A stretch of DNA of 64,000 bases, from assembly GCF_006345805.1 (NCBI RefSeq), contig NC_043003.1, forward strand, positions 98,828,001 through 98,892,000, written 5' to 3'. Shown in pieces: positions 26,065-37,640 of the stretch; position 1 is the first letter of the stretch; every line of letters begins with the position of its first letter. Below the pieces are notes generated by a model. That model saw nothing but the letters and a program-made list of their open reading frames with translations. It made no database searches and had not been told where the DNA came from. Made by a program: the position numbers and the translations under genes. This stretch comes from Octopus sinensis (lineage: Eukaryota).

Positions 26065-26400
26065 TAAGATGGCGAGCTGGTAGAATCGTTAGAAGGCACC
26101 TTCAAAAGGTGCCTTTTATCATTTTGAGGTCGATAAAATAAGTAGCAGCTGAGTACTGGGGTCGATCACATCAACTTATCCTGTCCCCCGAACATGCTGG
26201 TCTTGTGCCAAAATTTGAAATCATTATTATTAAGGTGGCGAGCTTGCAGAGTACGCCGGGAAAAATGCTTAACTGCATTTCATCCGGCTTTCCGTTCAAA
26301 TTCTACCGAGAACGATTTTTCTTCTTATCCCTTCGGGGATGATATAATAAGTACTAGTTGTATACTTGGTTGGCTGTAAAATTTCAGGTATTGTGTCTTT
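26065..26400 (+). mobile_element. Two degenerate family C SINEs
   Basis: GGCGAGCTGG.AGAATCGTTAG heads at ~26070 and 26235. Confidence 0.6.
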
Positions 26401-26649
26401 TGTAGAAGGGGGTCGTCAGCCGAAGAAGTCACGCTTGACCTCGGCGCCGTATATTGTTTTCGAAAATCTTCAGTTTTCTCCGGGAAATAGCGGTGCTTTG
26501 CTGTCATTTTCAGCCAGGATGGAGAATAAGGGATCCTTCTTCTGCTGATGAGTTCAATTTTTCTGAAAAGTTCCCCTCTTTCTTGGCAGACATATCAAAT
26601 TTATTCCATTTTTTATTCCACGTCGAAAAATTTAGAATTTTGCTCAATG

Positions 26650-26808
26650 GCGTAGGAATGGCTGTGGTAAGTAGCTTACTTAACAACCACATGGTTCCGG
26701 GTTCAGTCCCATTGTGTGGCACCTTGGGCAAGTGTCTTATGCTATAGCCTCGGGTCGACCAAAGCCTTGTGAGTAGATTTGGTAGACGGAAACTGAAAGA
26801 AGACCGTC

Positions 26809-26851
<43 letters not shown>

Positions 26852-26895
26852 TATACGACGGTCTTCTTTCAGTTTCCGTGTACCAAATATATATA

Positions 26896-26988
<93 letters not shown>

Positions 26989-27175
26989 GTGACAATTATT
27001 CGGTTACCTATAGCAGAGAAGTTCCTCTATTTACATGATATCGAGGTCTCATTCATTCTTTTGTTGTCATACTATTACTATTATATTATATATATTATAT
27101 ATATATATATACCAGCATCTGTTGTCAAGCGATGTTGGGGGTACAAACACAAACACACACACACACACATACATA
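26650..27175. mobile_element. Rearranged family B SINE (plus head, local inverted duplication, minus-strand body piece)
   Basis: 34-bp inverted arms at 26777-26810 and 26855-26888 around (AT)n; minus body piece at ~27111-27170. Confidence 0.75.
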
Positions 27176-27197
27176 CATACATACATACATACATACA

Positions 27198-27230
<33 letters not shown>

Positions 27231-27245
27231 TCTTATTCTTATGAG

Positions 27246-27640
27246 TAAGGCGGTGATCTGGCAGAAACGTTAGCACGCCGGGCGAAATGCTTAGCGGTAT
27301 TTCGTCTGTCGCTACGTTCTGAGTTCATTTTCCGCCGAGGTCGACTTTGTCTGTCATCCTTTCGGGATCGATTAGATAAGTACCAGTTACGCACTGGGGT
27401 CGATTTAAACGACTTAATCCGTTTGTCTGTCCTTATTTGTCTTCTCTGTGTTTAGCCCCTTATGGGTAGTAAAGAAATAGGCATTTCGTCTTTCCTTACG
27501 TTCTGTGTTCAAATTCCGCCGAGTTCGACTGTGCCTTTCATCCTTTCGGGGTCGATAAATTAAGTACCAGTTACGCACTGAGGTCGATGTAATCGACTAG
27601 AAACCTCCCCCAAAATGTATGGCCTTGTGCCAAAATTTTA
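27246..27640 (+). mobile_element. Family C SINE dimer
   Basis: Full head, junction AAAGAAATAGGCATTTCGTC at ~27475, then a second unit. Confidence 0.85.
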
Positions 27641-27644
27641 AACC

Positions 27645-27645
<1 letters not shown>

Positions 27646-27717
<72 letters not shown>

Positions 27718-27820
27718 GTTATTATTGTTGTTATTATTATTATATTATTATTATTATTATTATTGTATTATTATATATTATTATTATTATTATCATCATT
27801 ATTATTATTATTATTATTAT
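27646..27820 (+). repeat. (ATT)n microsatellite
   Basis: Direct inspection. Confidence 0.95.
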
Positions 27821-28488
27821 TTTTTTTTTTTTACTTGCTTCATTTTGTTTCCATTCTTGTTAATTGTCTTCCTGGCACATATTATTATTAATAAAAAATA
27901 TTGTCCCATGCTAATTTAATTAACAGAGATGTGATTCTGAGTTTCGGTGTCAAAGTCTCCTCAAATTTCAAAATTCTTTCTTTTTCTTTGTAGCAAAAAG
28001 TAACTCTATTAGAACATATTAGGTTCATATTGCTCTTTTCTAATTTTTCTCATATTTTAAAAACATAGCGAGAAGAAAAAAATGGCAAGACAAGTAGGAA
28101 ACGCTTTCTTGAAGGAAAATGAAGCTGTTTCTACAAGTGACATACAAAGGGAAAAGAATAAGAAAGAGTTCCAGATTAATCAAGATAATGAGCTTGCAAG
28201 CACCTTAATTGGCTTTAATATCTCAGTTGGTAATAGCAACAATACCAGAAAAAAAAAGGTAGCAAAAGAACTTATAGATGAGAGCTTCGAACTCTCGCGA
28301 GACTCAATAGTCCGGTTTCCCTCTAGCAGACAACGTTACCGAAATACTACTGTTCCAGAGTTCTTCGTGCTAAAGATTCGAGCGTGTAAGGAAAACACAT
28401 TTGTTGTAAAGGAAAATCTTCTACTGTGACGAATCACAACATCGATTAGTGTATTTATGTTCGAATCTGCTGTAACATATTCAGAATT

Positions 28489-28740
28489 GCGAACCGCTAT
28501 GTCATTTTATCAATCTCGTTTGGCGAACCGCTAAGTCATTTTATCGATCTAGTTCGGTGGACACCTAATTCATTTTATCGATCCCGTTTTCTGCACCGCT
28601 ATGTCATTTTATCGATCTTGTTTGGCGAACCGTTAATGTTGATCATTTTTGTCGAAACACAAAGTCATTTTATCGATCATTTTTGGCGAACCGCTAGGTC
28701 ATTTTATCGATCTCCTTTAGCGAACCCCTAAGTCGATCTT
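28489..28740 (+). repeat. 34-bp minisatellite, about 7 copies
   Basis: Unit approx. GCGAACCGCTA(A/T)GTCATTTTATCGATCTCGTTTG. Confidence 0.85.
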
Positions 28741-29581
28741 TTTTGTCAAGTGTCAACAGATGAGATCCAGAGATGCTCAATATACAAACTTGTGCTCAAA
28801 TGCTTTTAGCTTACACTCTGAAATCTTTACTAAGAGCTAAGTCCGCGGGGTAAAGAGTGACTCTAACAGGAACAGTGGTGAGCAGATATGGAGATAATGA
28901 TGCAAATAAACAAATAAAACTTCTTGGGTTAGATAAGCAAAATATATATATACACGCATACATGTATATAGAAAGAAAACAAAGACTGAAAATTTTCAGA
29001 CGATGAATATTTAAGTTTAAATATATATATATATATATATATATATCTATATATATATATATATATATATATTTTACTCTGCTATGTATGAGTACCTTAT
29101 TTACTGTGGGACCTACATATTTACCCGGGACCTACATATATATATATATATATTAACAGAGGAAAGATATACAGTGTTCAAAGATACAGAAAAGTAAAGG
29201 GGAGAGAGTATGGTGTTACAGGTCTGACAGCTGTTTATAGGGGCTCGGAGTTACTTCAAAATGTTGACAGATGCAGTTCACAAGAATATGCAGCCACTAA
29301 TGGAAACATATAAACATAGGGTAGATCCGGCCTCCATCTTCAGGGTGGAGAGATAAAAATCTTGTAAGTTTGCTCTGTAAACATATAAATATCGTTACAT
29401 ATATACTTGAATATTCATCGTCTGAAAATTTTCAGTCTTTGATTTCTCTCTTTTTTAATTTATACATATACGTATATTTTGTATATATAAACCAAACAGC
29501 TTTATTTTTATTTTTATTTTTTTTGATTTGCATCATCGTTTCTGTTTGTTTGTCTGACTCTCTGCTTTTCTTTCCTCCCAC

Positions 29582-29630
<49 letters not shown>

Positions 29631-29715
29631 GTGTACACACACACACAGATATACATATATATACATGCAGACCACAAGCATATATATATATATACATACA
29701 TACACACACATATAT

Positions 29716-29771
<56 letters not shown>

Positions 29772-30153
29772 GCAGACACACACGCTATATATAGGCAGGC
29801 ATACTTTAAAGATGTCACTAGTATATATATTTTGATTGCAAAAGTAGATGTGGGGATTACAGAATGCTGCACACATTAAATTCTTAATACATCATTTTTT
29901 TTTTTACCAGAGAGAAGCAGATTTTAGCAGGCCTAAATTAGAACGAGAAATAACTTCAAAATTTCATCATAAGTTTACCGTTGAACATATATGCTTAAGG
30001 TCATTTAAGCTTCACTTTTTTCAATCTGGTGGCAATTATGTTCATGTGCTTCGGCCTCGATTTTAGCCTCATTAGCATCACACACGTCATTCGCCGCCTC
30101 ATGTACAGATATTACACACACAGATAAATATATATATGTATCATACATACATA

Positions 30154-30253
30154 NNNNNNNNNNNNNNNNNNNNNNNNNNNNNNNNNNNNNNNNNNNNNNN
30201 NNNNNNNNNNNNNNNNNNNNNNNNNNNNNNNNNNNNNNNNNNNNNNNNNNNNN
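30154..30253. other. Assembly gap (100 N)
   Basis: Run of N. Confidence 1.
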
Positions 30254-30939
30254 TTGCTTTAACATCTTAATATGTACTTCCGTAGCATCAAAGGAGACCA
30301 TATCTGGTTTCTAATGGGAAAAAATATCTCTTGAATAAGCTGCACATTTATACTCTTGACACAATAACAAGCGAAAGAATCATACCATCGGACACACACA
30401 CGCACACACACACCACACACACACACACACACAACACACACACACACACACACACAAACACACACAAGCAAAACAAACAAACCAACACACTGACGCAGAT
30501 ACAACCACAAACATACAATTACAATAATACTAAAATTAGAGGTCAGTGGCCGTAAAATCACACTAACTTTTATAAATGATGTGTGTGTAAATATATCATT
30601 CAATATATATGTGCTATGTATATTTATATGTCTGTCTGTTTGTCTGTATGTATGTGTGTGTGTGTGTACGTGAGTGTGTATGTATGCATGCTTGTATGAA
30701 TGTATGTATGTATGTATGTATGCATGTATGTATATATGCATGTATGTATGTATGCATGTATGTATGTATGAATACCGTTGTGCTTGAACATGTGTTCTTG
30801 TGCTTTTAAGAGTGTGTGCGAGTGTTTGTATACACATACACACACACACATATATATAAATACATACATAGATATATATATGTGGATGTATATATATATA
30901 TATATATTGTTTTAAATCCATTGAAAATATACGTAATAA

Positions 30940-32640
30940 TTTAATTATTCGTTTATTCAATTTGATATTAAGAGTTATTATTCTAGTATACCTCCTATAC
31001 TTCTTAACAAATCTCTAATTTTCGCAAAAGACCTCTCTCTCATAACTAGGGATAAAACTGACATTATTCTTTTAGCTAGGAAGACTATCATAGAATTTGA
31101 GGGTAAGCTATGGACGAGGTCCTATACCCCTGATAATTTCGATATAGCTATCGGCTTGAGTGACTCGGCTGAACTCACTAACCTAGTTGGTGCGTATCCT
31201 TTAAAGTGCCTTAATAGTGAAATCCCTGAATTGCAGGGAGGTTTATATAGAGATGATGCTCTATTTATTATCCCTAGCGACAACAAATCAGTCATAGAAA
31301 GAATGAGAAAAAGAATTAGAAAATTTTTTAAAGGCTTCAACTTAGGTATTACGTTTGAATATGGCACAAAGGTGGAAAACTTCTTAGATGCTATATTAGA
31401 TATTAACTCAAGATTATGCCAGCCCTATAAGAAACCAGGTGAAGTTACGTGGGATGTGAAAAAATTATCAAATCATCCGCGCCCCTAATGTGTTAAAATC
31501 GGTAGTTAAAAGTATTTCTAAAAGAATTACGAAAATTTCAGCTAATAAGGATATTTTTAATACCCAATCCCACGACTATAACTTCGCTTTGTCTAAGGCA
31601 GGATACGACCATGAAATTACTTTTCTTAATCATGAAATTATAACACCTGGTAATAGTAGAAAGAATGAGATTTTAAGTGAGAGGGAGAATATAGACTTAC
31701 TTTGTCGGGAAAACAAACCTACTAGGAAAGCATCCAACCAACCCATCAATTTACATTTTAAAAATAAGCAACAATAGGAAATTAGATGTTTATAACAAGT
31801 AGGAATATTAGTTTAGATAATAAAGGTAGTGAGGCGACTGGGCAGATTATACCACCCTCTAATTATAGAAAAAATACTGGTAATAGGGTCATACCTAATA
31901 ATCTAGTTACGATTTTAGGAAGCGTTGAAAGAGCAGGTAGATTCCGCCCTTACATACGTAAGAGGGCTGAAAGTAATGATTTGATCTGGTATAGCATTCC
32001 CTTCAGCTGTGCCATATCCACAAACATATATAAGAAATTTATGACAGTTTTAGAAAAAAACTTCTCTGCTTCTCATAGATATAACAGAATTTTTTCCCGT
32101 AATACAGTTAGAATCTCGCATTCTACACTCCCCAGTATGGGTACCATCATAGCAAGGTTAAATAGAAAGAATACATAATCGGCAAGAAATATCAATAATA
32201 ATAATATTACTGTCAACGTTAGCTTAAACCCCTACAATGAGAATAATATTAATGGTGACGTAAGAAAAAGAAACAGCAGTACTAACACATCTAATATATA
32301 CAATATAGACTGTAACTCCAAGGTTTATACTAGCACAGAGATCGCTGACACAACGCCTGTTGACGCTGAGATGAATTTGAATGATACTATAGTTGAAGGA
32401 AATATAAATAATAACAGAAATAAAAATAACACGCACGATAGTAGTAGTAGTAGGATTAATAATAATATTGATAATAATGATAATAATAAAGATAAGAATA
32501 TCAATAATATTAATAGTAGTAATTCTCCTGGTTGCAATTTTAGAGTTAAATCCCTCTTTCCGTTATTGGTCCGATGTCTAACCCAAAACGTAATTTATAA
32601 ATGTACAATCATAACTGAGTATGTTAACTTTATATATATA
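30940..32640 (+). pseudogene. Naiad-type Penelope-like element, RT through start of GIY-YIG (left half)
   Basis: Stop-free frame 30940-31485: FIQFDIKSYYSSI..LLNKSLIFA..NFDIAIGLSDSAELTNLVG..GLYRDD..NFLD..PYKKP..SNHP. Then, with frameshifts, AGY, RKR..LIWYSIPFS..STNI..NTVRISHSTLPSMGTII and CNFRVKSLFPLLVRCL..NVIYKC..NFIYI. Confidence 0.85.
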
Positions 32641-32646
32641 TATATG

Positions 32647-33067
32647 TTCTTTTTTCTTTTTTCTTTTACTTGTTTCAGTCATTTGACTGCGGCCATGCTG
32701 GAGCACCGCCTTTAGTCGAGCAAATCGACCCGGGACTTATTCTTTGTAAGCCAGTACTAATCTATCGGTCTCTTTTGCCGAACCGCTAAGTTACGGGGAC
32801 GTAAAACACACCAGCATCGGTTGTCAAGCAATGCTAGGGGGACAAACACAGCAGACACACAAACACACACATACATACATACATATATTATATTACATAT
32901 ATAGACAGGCTTCTTTCAGTTTTCCGTCTACCAAATCCACATCACAAGGCATTGGTCGGCCCGGGGCTATAGTAGAAGACACTTGCCCAAGATGCCACGC
33001 AGTGGGACTGAACCGGGACCATGTGGTTGGTTAGCAAGCTACTTACCACACAGCCCACTCCTACGCC
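32647..33067 (-). mobile_element. SINE family B, full length, inserted in (TA)n inside the Naiad
   Basis: All family B modules present; (TA)n on both sides. Confidence 0.88.
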
Positions 33068-33146
33068 TATATATATATATAATATATATAGATATATATA
33101 TATATATATATTATCTATATATAATATATATATTATATATATATAT

Positions 33147-35099
33147 AACGGGAAGCTTTATGAAAATAGACAAAAGACGAAGGCAGGTGGAAAACAAACA
33201 AACAATTGTATTAGTATGGCGCTCAGGAAATATAAATAAAACAAGTCTTTACGTTTCGAGCCTACGTCTCAACAGAAAGATACACAGAGACAAAAACACA
33301 GAAAGAAGGAGAGAAAAAAATGCGTGCAGTAACTAACGAATCAACATGGCGATCTGATTTCGGCCAGAAGTCAAAGATCAAAAATGAGACGCGAGAGAGC
33401 GAAATTGGGGAGATAATAGGGTTGAGTGACCAGCTCCAACATAAGGGTGTGTGTGTGTATGAGAGAGTATTAGTGCGTGTATGAGAGGCTCTGGACGTGT
33501 GTATGTATAGGGTGGTGTATGTATTAGTATGGTATAAGGTTGTGTGTGTGTGTGTGTATGAGAGAGTATTAGTGCGTAGGAGAGGTCTGGACGTGTGTAT
33601 GTATAGGGTTGGTGTATGTATTAGTAGTAGTATAGTATGTATTAGTATGTATTAGTTGGTGTATGTATTAGTATGGCACATCATATATGATGTGATGTGT
33701 AAAGTCGTGTGGGGTAGTGTGGAGATAGGGAAGAGGGGGAGGGGAGAGAAGAAGAGGGGGGGGGGAGGAGAGGGGAAGGAGAGGAGAGGGGGAGGAGAGG
33801 GAGGAGGGAGAGGAGGGGGAGAAGGAAGGAGGAAAGGGGGAAAGAGGGGAGGGGGAGGGAGAAGGGGAGTGAGGGAGCAGAGGGAAGGGAAAAGAGGGAA
33901 GAAGGGAGGGAGGAAAGAAAGAGGAAGAAGGGAAGGGGAGTAGTAGGGGTGAAAGGATGAAGGACTGAAGAAGTAGGGGTCGGGGGGGAAAGGTAGGTGA
34001 GTAGGGGGGAGGGGGTTAGATGAGGAGGGGGGGAGAGTTGAGACCAAATGGCGTATAAGACCGAAGAGAGAAGATTAATTCCTGTTCACGCGCAAACGGG
34101 AATCCGGATGGCCTTGTGTAAGGAAAAACCGAACACAGATAGGTGTTGCAAGGAGTGAACGGTGGAGCGGAGGAATGGCGAGAGACCGGTGTGTCGTTCG
34201 CAAGGTGGATGTCACGAAGGTGGTGTTCGCGAACCGGTCAGCCAAGCGGCCTCCCGTTTGTCCGATGTACAAGGAATGGCAGAGAGCAAGAGACGCAATA
34301 GATAATATGCTGGAGGTGCAGGTGAAGGAGTGGATGATGGGATAGGGTCAATGATGGGTGCTAGTGAGGAGGGTGGGGTGTTGGAGAGGTAAGGGCAAGT
34401 GCGGCAACGTGGGCGGGAGCAGGGGAACGAGCCGGGTTGGGATGGGGTAGGGTCAGGAAGAAGCTATGGACCAAAAGGTCTCGAAGGTTGTTGGCTCGTT
34501 TGAAAGAGGGGAGGGGTCGGTTAGGGAAGAGGTGTGAAGTGGACGGGTCGGACTGGAGATGACGGAAAGCTCGAAGAATGGTGCGTTGGAGAGGTAGGGT
34601 CGTGGGGGTGGTAAGTGAGGGGAATGGAAAAGGGAGGCGGGAGGAGACTACAGGGGGTCGGGGAGAGAGAGCAGATACACGGTCCACGGACCGTGCTCTG
34701 GCAAGGCCAGTGTGGATAGTGGGAGGGGGTATCCACGTAGGGTGAAGTGGTGAGACAATACGTTGAGACTGAGTCTCAAGTCATGGTCGTCACTACAGAG
34801 CCTACGTAGACGGAGAATTGGGAATAGGGGATGGAAAGCTTGGTGTTGTTTCTGGGTGGGAGGAAGAGAAGTTGAGGTATGAGTGTGAGTCTGTGTGTTT
34901 GTAGTGAATGGAGGTGGTAAGAGTGGAGTGAAGAATGCTAACCGAAATGTCGAGGAAGGAGATAGTGGAAGTGAAGTGGAGGGCTGGATGGAAAGATTGG
35001 ACAAAAGAGAGGAAGGAATCTAGATGTTCACGGGAGAGTGAGGTGGCACCGATAATGTCGTCAATGTAACGACCATATAGTTCAGGAGTGGGACCAGTG

Positions 35100-35101
<2 letters not shown>
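33147..35101 (-). mobile_element. Neptune-type Penelope-like element, 5'-truncated, with 3' pseudo-LTR
   Basis: Minus: LYGRYIDDI, FLDISV, HYKHTDSHSYLNFSSSHP, LRRLCSDD, FKRANNLRDLLVHS, YIGQTGGRLADRF, LIFSLRSYTPFGLN. Hammerhead-like motif at 33246-33280; both ends abut (TA)n. Confidence 0.88.
33246..33280 (-). ncRNA. Degenerate hammerhead-like motif (CUGUUGA core)
   Basis: UCUUU-CUGUUGA-GACGUAGGCUC-GAAAC-GUA/AAGA. Confidence 0.4.
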
Positions 35102-35124
<23 letters not shown>

Positions 35125-35132
<8 letters not shown>

Positions 35133-35439
35133 ATGTTCGATAAGTCTGAAAAAGCGTATTAATAACCATTTTTCATCTTTTAAAGTGAAGCGCAAAGCTA
35201 ATTGTACGTCCTTATCTAGCAGGATTCGGGAACCGAAGGAAAGCGGAATCGAATTTAGCCTTAAATGGAATATAATACGGAAAGCGCAGCCTTATAGAGA
35301 TAGTTAACACGGGTGTGAGCTGTGATCTACGGAAACTTATGAGATTTTTAAGTATAGGGACAAGAACAACCTGATTAATAATAGATTAGACCTAAGGGTA
35401 TCATGCATACATAGCGTCGACCGTACATTTAAATATTAG
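35125..35439 (+). pseudogene. Naiad-type PLE GIY-YIG endonuclease C-terminal half (right half)
   Basis: YIGCSISLKKRINNHFSSF..NCTSLSSRIREPK..LKWNIIRKAQPYRDS*HGCEL*STETYEI..NLINNRLDLRVSCIH..KY* matches the Naiad pattern YIG..FKxR..H..SF..TxLS..IW.LK..W.I..PY..CxLC..E..LNxR..CxH. Confidence 0.82.
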
Positions 35440-36789
35440 CGATTATATATGCTATACTTACACTTTGATGGTGGAAATTAATTTTGGTGTATACGTTGTA
35501 AACTTTCCCTCTAGTATTATATATAATAAAATCACGGGCCATTGAATTATATGGTGAATTAAATTGCACTGCATATGTTATAAGCTATATGGTATGATAT
35601 GTTAGTGAGTTACAAGTAATTACTATCCCATGAAATCTCCTGCCTAGTTAGTCTGACTTCATCATGTGATTAAACTATTTGTTCCTTTCTATGATGCTCA
35701 ACCCTACTGATCATATTATGTATATTTGTAATTTCTTTTATGTACGTCCCCTAGAAACTATAAAACCTTATATGTAATAGAACCTGTAACATTACAACTT
35801 ATAAAATCTCTTCAGTCTGAATACCTCCAACTGCCCTCACAACTCCCATACCTACTACTTCCTCTTTTGGGGTTATCTTTATCTCTTTCCTACCTCAAAT
35901 TTTAATACCATGTCTCTTTAAATGTAAGTTATATAGATTTCTTATCATTTTCTATAAATTCTTATTATTTTGTTTTCTTACTATGATATTCTTACCTATT
36001 AATCTCTTATCTCTATAAGTTGCTACTGTTCTTAAATAGAGATAAATACTTTCTAGTTAGTTAAGAGTCTATGCGAGAAGGTTATACTATATCCATACAA
36101 ACGTATAAATATTTGTGTATGTGTGCATGTGTGCACATAGGTAAATATGTGTGTGTATCTGTACACATTTTTTTTCTGATTCTTGGCTTATAATTAATAT
36201 ATAGATAGCATATTTGTCTTTCGAGTATTCCATAAGCAAATGCCCAGAGCAGTCTTCATAGAAACCACCTAATAAGTAGAATATTAAACTGATTTTATGC
36301 AATATTTCCTTTTTAATGTTGAGAACTGATATATGTATATACACATTTTATTTTGGTTATGATATCATTTTTGATAATCTTAAATTTTATCTGTACACAA
36401 CATAACAATATTGTTTATAAACAATCACCCATAGTACCCCATGATAAAATTTTGTATCTGTATGGTCAATAAAACAGGCAGGGCCACGAGGTTTACAAAT
36501 TTCATATTTGCAATTGAATTTATAAATTGAAATGTTTGTTAATATCTTGTTCTCGAGTTTCCTGGCTATTGATTAGGACGGTTTCGAATTTCAGTGTTTT
36601 ATTGCAATCATGTTAGTGGGGATTTCGCTCTAAGAGAGGCCTGTATGCTAATGATTTTTTTAATTATCTATTTAATCAATTTAAGCATTTATTTAATTAA
36701 CTCTTGAAAGCCACGAGAGAGTGAGGAAAACACATAATAACCCGTATGAAAAGAATGAATTAAAGCAAAACAAAAATCTACAAAAAGAA

Positions 36790-37260
36790 ACGAAAAAGGG
36801 AGAAGGTAGTTAGACGTACATGAAAGAAATAATTTTTGTGGACAGTAATAGAGTACTTCTGCTATAGAGGAAAATAATTGCTTCCGATGCTAAATGATAT
36901 CCTGGATGGTTTTATCATCGGGTGAATATATACATTAGTTAATATTATTTCTATTGTTTCTGCTACAGGAACTTTGGTGTGAATATGATGCCTACTTCAT
37001 TAGCTTCTTCAAAGATGTCTAAAAACCCTTAGAATGAATGTATAACTTAGCCTCCGGTTTATAGTGTTTAATAATGTTACCCAATTGTTTAATAATCTTG
37101 TGTTGGTGTATATATTTCAGCTGAATCAGAGGGAGTTGAATTGCACCCCTATTTTTATTGTTCCGTGAGAATTTGCTTGGTGAATTTGTGCTTAAAACGG
37201 GGCCGGAGATAATGGGTTGCCATATGTGTGTATGTCACCGAAATAAACTTAACTATTAAT
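36790..37260 (-). mobile_element. Heavily decayed PLE RT fragment (Penelope/Poseidon-like)
   Basis: Frame-broken YGNP, KIH, IKQLGNIIKHYKP and HTKVPVAETIEIILTNVYIHP resemble SLFTxVPVxETIxII..VYxH. Confidence 0.5.
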
Positions 37261-37479
37261 TGGGGGATTTTTTTTTTTTTTGGAGCAATATCAAATTCAA
37301 ATTTTCGTTCCGTCACTCAATGATATGCTAATTCTCGCATTATGTTCGCCTTTACCTGTAATTACGAAGTTATGTTCTTGTCAGTTTTAAACATAACGTT
37401 ATATATTGATGACACTGCTACTTCATTAATAGTGCGGAGGAAGTTTAAGACTCAGTTTAATAATATTTGGACATCTCTC

Positions 37480-37640
37480 TCTTTTTATTTTCTCTCTCTG
37501 ATTATTTCTGTGTTCCTTTCTGTCGAAGAGCATAGGTTCGAAACGTAAATGACTTTCTCACTTCCCGAGCGTTAAACTGATACATATGTTTGTTGTTTGT
37601 TGTTTATTGTTTACACACCCGTCTTCGACTTTTGCTTTAA
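37480..37640 (+). mobile_element. PLE pseudo-LTR fragment with hammerhead-like motif (37516-37551)
   Basis: CUUU-CUGUCGA-A-GAGC(AUAG)GUUC-GAAAC-GUA/AAUG; downstream TTCCCGAGCG..ATACA motif shared with the 33147 pLTR. Confidence 0.55.

Noticed and set aside
28489-28740. CRISPR array (34-bp repeats)
   Set aside because: Repeats are directly adjacent with no spacers; eukaryotic context.
30259-30960. 233-aa ORF and the many YI/HT/CV/II-rich ORFs in the track
   Set aside because: Translations of (TA)n, (CA)n, (TACA)n and (ATT)n microsatellites, which lack stops in some frames.
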